Program-made: the position numbers and the translations under genes | The notes under the pieces: model-generated | The model's input: only the letters and a program-made list of their open reading frames with translations | What the model was told of the DNA's origin: nothing | The model's database searches: none | From: Podarcis tiliguerta | Lineage: Eukaryota | Assembly: GCA_965153285.1 (NCBI GenBank) | Contig: OZ229114.1 | Direction: 5' to 3' (one strand) | Length of the DNA: 64,000 nucleotides | Shown: positions 54,030 to 64,000 of the stretch, piece by piece | Layout of the letters: each line of letters starts with the position of its first letter | Position numbering within the stretch: position 1 is the first letter of the stretch

Positions 54030-54484
54030 CTGGAAAAGACAATCTAAGGTTCTTTTTCTGAAAGCACTTAACAGTCCGTCGACTCATTTTATGAAGAGGC
54101 ACCACAATGGAGCTTAGAATGGCTTCTTCATTGTGCATTACATGAATTAATGCACCAACAGCATTTCTTCTGGACAGTTCAATCAATGCTGTTTCAAATT
54201 ATATGGCTACCATGTGAAAGGGTGCTTAGCTGCATAGCAAGATGCTGCACACAGAATGGCTCCTTTCATGGAGCAGCTGCCTAGGGAGGCCGTTTGAAGC
54301 CGCTCCCATTAGATGGCCATATTGTGTAAAGTCGCCCTCAGTTAAATAACCGAATGTACCTTTTTTTATTTAAGAAAGCAATCCCAAGACATATTTACTA
54401 GGGAGTAAGCTCCACTGAGCACAGAGTGACTTACTCCCAAATAAACGTATCTATGATTGTACTGTTAATGGGTGTAGTGGTTAC

Positions 54485-54609
54485 CTGAGGGTAGCTTCTG
54501 TGGCATGTGTTGTCGTTGTTGTAATAACGGGTGATTGGGCCCTCGTGGCCGACACTGTTGCTACTACAGCAGGAGGGATGGTACTTGAAGTTGTCACAGG
54601 AGGCCGGGA
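54485..54609 (-). CDS. SAP130: SAP130 exon 7
   Basis: SRPPVTTSSTIPPAVVATVSATRAQSPVITTTTTHATEATL. Confidence 0.93.
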
Positions 54610-55301
54610 CTGTGGTAGGTAAGGAAAAAGTATTACATTAGGGCTTTCAACCAATAATTAAAAAAAATTATTCACTGCCTAAATGTAAAGAAATTACACA
54701 TAGCAAAACTTTGTAAAAATGGACCTCTGAGTCTCCTAAGGGTCAGATAATTTGATTGCCAGACACATTTTTCTCCCTTAGCAATATGTAGATCATTTTT
54801 GTAAACATATTATAAATAAAAACTGTTGGCAACCTTACAAACTAGGAACTATTTTACATATAAACAGAGCTTGGCATGCTAAGCTCCACAACTGTGCTTG
54901 CATCACACTGAGCTCCCTGCTGCCTTGCTTATCCTCCTTGGTAACTGGCAGCAAAGTGCAGCACTGGGAAGTCAGGAAAGCAATGCAGCCCCACGAGTGT
55001 CAGCCACTACTGCACACAAATGGAGCTAAAAGCCAACCAACCATTAACAACAGGGCTTCAAACAAAATGGAAAGCTCTTAACTGGGGGAGTTAATCTGAA
55101 GTTCACTTTGGATAATATTATTAGTTTGCTCCCTTTACAGGTTCTTTAAATCTTGGCCTGCAATGCTGAAGAATTTGAGTCACAAGAACCAGTTGTCAGA
55201 TTTTGCAGTTCATTTAACTATGTAAGTGGTTTCCCGCTTAAGAAAAGCCCCAAAGAATCTGAAAGCAACAACAACAATCATACTGCACAATTATCACCTG
55301 C

Positions 55302-55426
55302 CTGGATAGGTTGATGAATGATGTGCTGAACTGCTGGTTGAGCTGTTGCTGCATTTGGCAACTGTGAAGCTGGCCTCAGGACAGTTGTCACTTTAGAACT
55401 GGACATCACAGCAGCAGCTGCCGCAC
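55302..55426 (-). CDS. SAP130: SAP130 exon 6 (GC donor)
   Basis: GAAAAAVMSSSKVTTVLRPASQLPNAATAQPAVQHIIHQPIQ; frame requires CAG|GCAGGT. Confidence 0.92.
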
Positions 55427-55900
55427 CTGAGGAAAACCCCATGTAAAACTGAGACAATCCCTAAGACAGTCCACTTTTCAAAAAGTTTAAGAGAGGCCAC
55501 AACTTTTTATACATGACACAAAGAATTAAGAGTGCAATTAGTAGTGCTAGCTAAACAAAGCAATTAGCGTAAAAGAAAGAAAAAGTGGTAACATCAACCA
55601 GGGTTGTGTAGCTGCAATATCCCTCAGCTGCATAAACCATTGAGAGAATAGGCTGTACGCTCCCTCCTCCCTTCAGATGCGTGAAGTTTCTCCAGCTGGC
55701 TTAAACTGCAGATTATTTTACAGGGATATTGAATTGAGCCTAATCTCTTGAACAGGACTTGAAGCCAATTTGTTAACCCTGGTAGATAAAGAATCTGGTT
55801 CATCTGAACTGCAGTTGACACCGGTATTAATGTTAACTGCAGTTAGAGATGGTGGATTTGCCCAGAATGTAGACGGCATGTGATCCACAGCATATCAAAA

Positions 55901-56052
55901 ACAAGGGGCAGCCAACATGGTGTCCTCCAAATGTTGCTGGACCACAACTCTCATGAACCCTGCCCACTGGTTGAACTGTTGGCCTTGCTGTCTATGGATG
56001 ATGAGATTTGTAGTCAACAATGTCTGAAGGGCACCACATTGGCTACCCCTGT
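55901..56052. mobile_element. Palindromic hAT-like MITE (related to 9999-10133)
   Basis: aggggcagccaacatggtgtcctccaaatgttg ... caacaatgtctgaagggcaccacattggctacccct. Confidence 0.7.
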
Positions 56053-56297
56053 CCTAAAACATATGTGGGGTGTTGTTGTTTTTTTAAAAAAGGATCAGCA
56101 CACCATATTCTACTGTAACCCTAATTATACCCTACAGTTTCCCAAGACCATGAAGCTAAAAATAGTTACTTTAGATTGCAGCCATTATCTTTATAGCTAC
56201 TCTACCAAGGTACTGACGCATGCATTAACCACAGTATAAACATTGTCCAGAATAAGTTTATTAACATAATACTTTCTTGGGATGATTATGGAAGTAC

Positions 56298-56409
56298 CTC
56301 GAGGTAAGTGAGACGCTCCAATGTGTAATGGTGGTCCAGGAGCACTACTTCGGATTATTGACATCTGAACATTGGTTGTCATGATATGGTGCACATTGCT
56401 GGGATGTCC
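56298..56409 (-). CDS. SAP130: SAP130 exon 5
   Basis: GHPSNVHHIMTTNVQMSIIRSSAPGPPLHIGASHLPR. Confidence 0.95.
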
Positions 56410-56631
56410 CTGCAGACAGTAACAGATTGTGTGTGGGGAAATCGTCTAGATGTAATGTACAAGAAATGCTTCATATACAACCACACACTACAGTTAAGCC
56501 GTTTGAATGTACAGGTTATTATGGTAGGAGATACAAACCAAGGCTGTGGGTACTGTAGTTCACAGTGCTTCATTTGCTTTCCATGACTTTAAACAAACAA
56601 AAAAGTTACTTTAGAAGAAGAAAATGATTAC

Positions 56632-56790
56632 CTGTTGTCCACTGATTGTTGCTACGGGAATAGCAGAGGCCTGTGGGATGCTGCTCTCCATTGTTACAGT
56701 AACTTGCCCTGGGACTTTGGTGGGGCAGGAGAGAGGAGAGGGTGGAGCTGGTGCAATAGGGCGGCTAGGGATGGTGGGCTTCAGGGGAGG
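56632..56790 (-). CDS. SAP130: SAP130 exon 4
   Basis: PPLKPTIPSRPIAPAPP...ESSIPQASAIPVATISGQQ. Confidence 0.95.
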
Positions 56791-57594
56791 CTGCAAAGAA
56801 CATAAAGATACAACCACTGGTTCATAGAAATTTGTGGCAACAGAACAAATAAAAACAACACAAGTATGCACCAGTTATCTTACCCTGAGGGGAAAAGAAA
56901 ACCTGTAACAAACTTACTGGTAGCCACAGTCTAATTAAATTATTTTGAATCTCTCTATATACATTATTCCTCAGAAGAGAATCATATGAAAAGATGAATC
57001 TTTGTGCAATAATATTACTTTCTTAAGATCAAGTCACTAGTACAAAAAGCTTTAATCTTGGAGACAGCTACTGGGAGTTAGCACACAAATAATTATACAG
57101 ACAGACATACCCCATCAACCAATTTCCTTGAAACTTTTTGTAATCCTGCTCTCTCCCCCTTAACAAAAATTAGGTCTAGGGTTTGAAATTATGCAACTAA
57201 CTACTGGTTGCGCTGGAACAGAGACAGTCAACTCTCAAAACCTGTGAGGCTGTATTTTCTCTAAGACAAATTGTTTAGGATTAAGATTACCAATGATTAT
57301 CATTTCACTGCCAGCCTCAGTGTACGGGGAAGATGATGCAAGGGACAAGATGCCTCTTTCCAATTAACTACTGTGAACCTCCTCCTCCAGTTCTTATTCA
57401 TGCATGGCAAAGAGAAGCCTTCAGCAACTGGTACCTTCCATATGTTTTCTACCACAACTTCCATTAGCCCCAGCCAGCACAGCTGACAATTAGAATGCTC
57501 TTGCAGGGGCATGACCAGTGTGCCCAGCAATTTTTAGGAAAAATTTAGTGGCATGTTTAAGAGATGGGCAGTAGGATATTTTGACCGAGTTTTT

Positions 57595-57950
57595 CATAGA
57601 TTCACAGAGTTGAAAAGGACCTGAAAACATCACGTAGACCCCCTGCTAATGCAGAAAATTAGCTGCTATAGCAAACTGTTGGCTTACCAGCCTCTGCTTT
57701 AAAACATCTAACAAGCAGGGCCCACCATCTGCTGAGGCACAGTTTGTACCAATGGGGAGCATTTCCTTGTAATTTCAACCTATTGGTTCAAGTCCTACCC
57801 CTCTGGCATAACAGAAAACATATCTGCTCCATCACTGTGAACATCCATATGTACTAGTCCAGTCCCTTGTCAGACTGCCTTCAATGGTAAAGGTTTCAGT
57901 AATTTTTTTTAGAAAGTACCAGATAACAGTATTCAACCTTCTCTGTCCCA
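57595..57950 (-). mobile_element. CR1 3' fragment, degenerate
   Basis: catagattcacagagttgaaaaggacc ... ttggttcaagtcctaccctctgg. Confidence 0.55.
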
Positions 57951-58109
57951 GGGAATCAAAGGCAGTTGCAATATATAAACAAGTACATGCTAAAATGAAG
58001 AGAAAGTCGCGCTTAAACTTAAATCTAGCCTGAGCTAACTTTGCCATTGCATTAAATTAGTGCTATTAAATACCCCTATTCCATACTTGAAAAGCAATGC
58101 TCTCATTAC

Positions 58110-58345
58110 CTTCATAAGACCTTCAGAAAAAGAAAGTGGCACTGCTGGAGCTAAATGTGCTGGAGGAGCTGCTACTGTAACTGGCACACCAGATTGTACC
58201 GTATGGTGCTGGGTCAACATTTGCACCTGCGGATATGGCCGGACTACCACTGTTTCCTGCTTCTCTTCACGGGACTGCAGAGAGCCACCAGGGACCACAT
58301 GATCTCTGGGAGCAACTTCCATTTCTCGGCTGGGTTCATCACTCA
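58110..58345 (-). CDS. SAP130: SAP130 exon 3
   Basis: VSDEPSREMEV...SREEKQETVVVRPYPQVQM...VPLSFSEGLMK. Confidence 0.95.
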
Positions 58346-58489
58346 CTAAATAGAAAAATGCATGAAATTTTAGAAAGAAAACAGGACTAGAAACAGGCAA
58401 GGCATAGGAATGCTGTCTTTGATTTCTATGGAGCTTACTTCCAAAAAAGTATACTGAAGTCTTAGTTAGAAATCCTGTAGTTGCCTTAC

Positions 58490-58601
58490 CTGTAGTTGTT
58501 GGGTTTATCAATCCAGTAGATCCACTGGTAGAGATCGGAGGAGGAGCTGGTCCTAGACTTGCAGGAGGGGGTCCTGAACGGGGGAACTGCTGAGAACTCA
58601 T
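58490..58601 (-). CDS. SAP130: SAP130 exon 2 (start ATG; exon begins at 58607)
   Basis: MSSQQFPRSGPPPASLGPAPPPISTSGSTGLINPTTT. Confidence 0.93.
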
Positions 58602-60349
58602 TTCCACCTATGGAACACACAGAATTACAAATAATTTATACATCCACATTACTAAAGCCCTTGTTACTGAGGAATCCCAGCAAATTCAGTTAGGTTACGT
58701 ATGTTTGCACAGAGTAGCTACTGACAAATGATATGCAAGCTCTCCATCTAGTTAAAATACAAAATACAAACAGTTCAACCAAGTTCAATAACTTAATAAA
58801 CAAATGTTGGTGCGTTAATATACTGAAATATAAAAATAGTAACACAGGTTCAAGTGACAACCACCACATGCAAATAATAAAGTAGGAATACATAGGCCTG
58901 GCACAAATCCAATGTTTACAGTGCCAACTTATGTTTGCTCAGAAATAAGTCCCACTGTGTTCAATGAATCTTACTCCCAGAAATGTGTACAGAGGATATT
59001 AACCTTTCAATATTTTGACGTTAGGACTTCTCTACTAACTATCTGAAAAAAATCCAGGGCTATAATTAACTTATGAAATTAAGACTCAATATTAGCATTA
59101 GTAATATCGGTAAGTAACAGTTGCTATCCAAACATCTGTGTAAGACACCTACTGTATATCAAAGTATTTTAATCATGTACTGAACATCAGTTAAACATAC
59201 CATCAACTACACAAAACAAATACAGTTTAAAGATTATAGACCAGGGTAGAAATGCTTTAAATAAAAAGAAATGATAGATGTAATTATCTTGTAGTTTGTA
59301 AATTGCTATAATTCTCTATACTCTTTCCTCGAAGGAACCCCTGCTTAACTGAATGAGATTTACTTATGAGTAAGCATACGTAGGATATTTCTGTAAGAGT
59401 AAAAACACTGGCTCTGCAGAGGCCAATGACACTTCTGTCCTGATATGGACTTTGTGGTTTCCAAAATAATATGAAATCCTAATGCAGTTCCAAAGGAGGT
59501 AAGGTTGGTATTAAATAGTAAATCTATATTGAAAGATTACACATGACGGTAAAGGTAATGGTGAGCAACACAGCTGTCACACACAGGTACCCCAGTGCAA
59601 TCAGGAAGACAGCTAAATCTGTGCAACAGCTGAGCAAGCTACATAGCAACACTGAAAGTGACTATAAATGTAAAACCAGACCATTGGTCTAATTATACCA
59701 GCATTGTTTACTTTAGTTTCCAGGATCTCAGGCAGAGGGCTTCCAAACAACTCAAAAGTTCTACACAAACTACTATATACTTCTGTTGACAGCAGCCATG
59801 CAGAAACCAGAGGAAGCGTACAACTACGCAGAACAATACAACTACACTGAACAGCTAAGCATCTGCTGTGCACACTTACCGGAGAGAAAGCCCCACTTAA
59901 CAGAGAACTTATTCCCGAATAAGCATATCTCGGGCTGCATAATGGAGTGTTAGGCGTTGGATCCTGACATCTGTACAGTAATCACATAAACCAGTTCTTA
60001 ACTCCAGCTCCCATCAGTGACAGCTGGAATGGCCAATTAGTAGGAGTGATGGGAGATAAAGTCAAACTGCACCTAGATGGTAGCAAGCTAGGGAAGACTA
60101 AATCCGTCTTCACATCCTTCACGATCATAACTTCTACATCACCATCAACTCTAAAACCACTTTATGACACCGCAATACAAACGTAAATTCAACTTTCATG
60201 TGTTTGTCTCCCTCTTTTAACATCAACTGCAGGCAACACCTACAGTATCTCAATTACCTGCTTGGCAGCAGAACGCAGCTAACATGAAGTCATCAGGGGT
60301 AATGACTGCACGTGCACAGTGCGAGATCTAGGGGAATCCAGGAGCAGCT

Positions 60350-61700
60350 CCTTATTCGGGGATGCTCTCTTTCCCCCTTGTTCTGGGAAACAAGCCTAAT
60401 GCCTCGCCCTACCCCCCCCCGACCCTAAACTGCGCTGGTCGTGGAAGGGCCACTAAGATCAATACGATTATAACAGCGCCGCTTGCAACAGCTGGGCCGG
60501 CTCACCCGCCCGCAAACCCGCCGCTTCCAACTTTTGGCTTCCGAGACAGTGCGGATCGGGCCGAGTTTAGTGCGGAAGCTTGACCGGAGAAGCCAACACT
60601 CAGCAGCGGAGACGCCGCAGCGCGCAGCACAAGACGGCAAAGGGAGCAGCGCCCGTCGCCGGTCAGGGGCGGCTCCCGAAGACCCTCCCCTTTCGCTCGC
60701 TTCGGGCGGAGCTCTCCTCTCGGCATAAGCTCCGCCCACTAGAGCATGCGCGAAGCCCGCCCCCCTCTGCGGGCAGCCAATGGGAACACCTCACTTCCCC
60801 ATGGCGAGCCAGCCCAGCATAGAAGGCAGCACAACCTGCCAACCAATGGGAAAGCCCGCACAGGCTACGCCTGACTACCAATGGGAAAACAGGTAATGGC
60901 TAATCAGGAGTAGCCAGGGCCCGCCTCCCTTCCCTCCCTGATCACTATGTGAAACAGACGCGCAGGGCCAGGGACCCGGATGTTCAGCGAGAATAAAAAG
61001 GCTGCGGCGGCCGCCGCGAACGCCCCAAGCAGCCGCCGTGAGTGAGGAGGACTCTGGCGCCCAGCTCGAGTAACTCTCGGCGGGGCTTGGCCAGAGGGAG
61101 CGGCGCCTCTCCCGGGCGCCCCGCTCCCAGAACGAGCCCTCCCCTCGCCCGCCGAGTTACCTGCAGCCGAGGGGGCGGCGGAGCCTCTCGGAGTAGCCTC
61201 CGGAGCCGCTTCTTTCGCCGACGCTGAGGGGGCTCAGTCGGGAGTGTTGCTTCCGCTGCCGCAGCAAAGCATCCCCTCCCCCCTTTCGATTGATTGGGTC
61301 TCGCCTAGTCCTGCCCACAGCGGTGATAATTTCTCCTCGCTAGGCGCGTCGATTGGCTGAGGCGGCGCTTGCGCAGAGGCTCCTGGGGGCTGTAGTTCGA
61401 GAACTGAGCGTCGCCCATAGATAACGCCGCGAGAGGTTGGGGGAAGCGAGAGGGCTCCGATTGGCCGCCTGAAAGGAGGCGGGACGAGCGTCTAGCTGCC
61501 TCCGCCCACCAAGATTAGGATTGGTCGGCTTTCTTCGGAGCGCTTTAGTAAATGGCTTCTAGATGGAGAACGGGACGGTCCGCTGCTTGGTGAGATGGCG
61601 GGAAACCGACCTGGGAGCTGTCAGTTCCTTTTCCCGCTCCCACTTCCGAACCCAAGCTAAGGAAACAAAAAGCGGAGCTGCCCCGAAGCCGCATTGCTCC
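60350..61700 (-). promoter_or_regulatory. SAP130 CpG island with two candidate first exons (exon ends 61161 and 60506)
   Basis: Donors CAG|GTAACT and CGG|GTGAGC; multiple CCAAT/ATTGG boxes, GC boxes, NRF1-like site ~60742, ZNF143-like AACTACAGCCCCCAG ~61383-61397. Confidence 0.8.
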
Positions 61701-62219
61701 CGCTCTGCCTTACATTTACCTGCCTGACCCTTATTAAAAGGTTTATTATTGCCCCGTTGCTGTGATCTCTTGTTATTCTAAAACACACAAGTTCTCTGCA
61801 TTTTAGCAGCATCTCATTCACTGGTTATGAACGGGGCTAATATTAATAATATTGTAATACATGCAATATAATGGACAGGCGTGGACTGTTGGACTATTGC
61901 AGTCAACACTGGACTGTCATATACTGTACAATGGAAGGGCCTTCAGGGTCCCTAGTGCAGCCTGTGGCACTCTTATACCCACTGGAGTATATTGCAATGC
62001 CAGTACAGTGTCAGAGAAAGCCAGGGTGGGCAGGCAGGGTCAGATCCCTTCTCAATGGTGAAGCTCCATAAACTAATTTCCATATTCTACCTCACAAAGT
62101 TGCTGTAGGAATAATTCGGGGAGATGTACAACACTTTGCGCTCCTTGGAGGAATGTAATAAATGCTGCACCAACTTCAGCCCAGTAAATAGTTCCTTAGG
62201 GCAGGGAAGTTCTGTTGCA

Positions 62220-62372
62220 CCAGAAGCAGTTTTGTCATGCTGGCGTCATGACCCGGAAAGCTGTCTGGACAAATGCCGGCTCCCTCGGCCTAAAGTGAGA
62301 TGAGCACTGCACCCCATAGTTGCCTTTGACTGGACTTAACTGTCCAGGGATCATTTACTTTTTTACCTTTAC
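62220..62372 (+). mobile_element. Sauria SINE 3' half
   Basis: gtcatgctggc...gacccggaaagctgtc...ggacttaactgtccaggg...tacctttac. Confidence 0.75.
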
Positions 62373-63345
62373 ATAATTTTCTTTGTATGCTGCCTTTCTG
62401 CAGTTAGAGCCATGCTCAAAGTAGCTTACAACGTGAAAATTACATAACTACAACATAACAAAAGTAGTCATAATCAACAAATCATTAGAAAATACACAAC
62501 CAAACTGAACAATTTTCACATTCAGGTCATTCAGGATTCACAGCCTTAGCATCCACATCCTTCTTTTAAACCACCACCAGCAGTTTTAAGGAGGGTGGAG
62601 AGTACGTGATTTGCCAACACTTCTGCTGATGGGGAAGAATGTGAAATGGTGGAGGTGGCCATTCATTTATGAAAAAAGGAGACTTGTGTGAAGCAACACT
62701 GTGGCTGGCAGGATTGGGAGGGACTAGGTGGTGTTGCACGTGAGAGGATTTTAGATGTGGAGCTAATGGGGAGCCTCGGTGGGAAGTTTTCAAATATATA
62801 TAAGTTGTTCAAGTTCATAGAAGGGGAGGTGGTGATGTGGGCAATGCTGGTGAATGAATATTGGCAAGCAATATTAGAATGACAATGGGTACTATTAGAT
62901 ATTGATATGTGAACCACCCTGAGACATCCGGGTATAGCACAGTACATAAATTCAATAAATAAAATAATAATAAGCAATCCAGATTTTATGGCTATATGAC
63001 CAACAGTCTGCACTGCATATCATATTAAATGATCTACAAGGTTTTAATTTTTTTGTCATCTATCAGGTTGCAGCAAAATGAGCAATGGGAAGCAGGTCAA
63101 CTCCATTGGATCTTCTGAGAGACCAGCTCATTTTGGTTTCAGTTTGAACAACCTTATGACCTTTGTAACTGTTACAAAATGGTGCTTGAATTTATTTGTT
63201 TCCCCCCCCCTTTGGCATCATGCATTTTAAACAGTAAGGCAGGAATTGTCTTGTGGTGTTTTGTTTTGTTTTTAATTAATCTGTAAGGAACTGTGGGAGT
63301 CTTTGTGCCTGAATAATGGAATGAAAGTGTTAAATAAAGAAAACA

Positions 63346-63476
63346 CAGTGCTATTTTTCTAGAAAAAGAGGTGCCGGAACTCACCATGAACACCTCCCTC
63401 ATTCTCTTAGAATGGCAATGGTGCCCACCTGAGAGGTGCTGTGAGTTTCAGTGAGTTTCCCCTTTAAAAAGTCCTG
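63346..63476. mobile_element. hAT-like MITE
   Basis: Imperfect TIR CAGTGCTATTTTT / AAAAAGTCCTG. Confidence 0.45.
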
Positions 63477-64000
63477 CGAAAAAATATAAATAAATAACCA
63501 CTGATCCTACTTCCAGTGCTCCTTGCTGTCATTGCCACACATTTACTTCCCCACTTGGGTGGGTGAGTAATTGGCTGCCTTTTGGGGGGCATATCCCGCT
63601 CAAGAGGGTTCACAATATCATAAACATATGATATAAGCAAGGGCCAGATATAGCAGGAAGGAGGGGCAGCAAGGGGACAAAGAGGAGACACTACTACAGA
63701 TGGTGTCCTGTCAAAAAATTACTTCACAGAAGTTGCTAGTCCCACTGAATAAATCTTGCTGAGGGCTCTGCCACTTGAAAACCTGGGACTGGCTTTGAAT
63801 ATATGGGTGAGGCTTGGGCTGGGTTTAGACCAGATGACTTGACTGATTCTTTTCCACAGCTGGGGGCCCATAAGTAGGCAGAAGGAATGTCTTTTCAAGC
63901 AAGGGGTAGCGTAGATACTAGGTTTGGGTTCTGTACTCATGCAGACTGTTGTGGGGGATAGGAGATGGAATCAAGTACTGTATCCTGAAAAAGGGTGCAG

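Noticed and set aside
61700-64000. Start of the neighbouring gene (UGGT1 by synteny)
   Set aside because: No CpG island or matching coding exon seen before the window end

Overview
Vertebrate genomic DNA, almost certainly a squamate and probably a lacertid lizard (abundant Sauria/Squam1-type SINEs, CR1 and L2 LINE fragments, hAT/Tc1-like MITEs). It carries the conserved amniote syntenic block, all on the minus strand: SAP130 (complete, 20 coding exons, 1056 aa as assembled here), AMMECR1L (complete, 6 coding exons, 310 aa), POLR2D (complete, 4 exons, 140 aa), and a CpG-island promoter/first exon that by synteny is WDR33. I assembled the exons by hand from splice sites and checked reading phase. 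Main candidate for a novel system: the AMMECR1L ORF ends in UCC-UGA, the same codon pair as the antizyme +1 ribosomal frameshift site, and the +1 frame stays open for 38 codons and ends in a CaaX prenylation box (CTIL*). This suggests a recoded, or alternatively spliced, membrane-anchored isoform. Other notable items: a GC-AG intron with a competing GT 4 nt away in SAP130, two SAP130 first exons, a 46-bp near-perfect hairpin in the putative WDR33 intron 1, inverted SINEs flanking SAP130 exons 10-19, and a very abundant ~85-bp palindromic mini-element.
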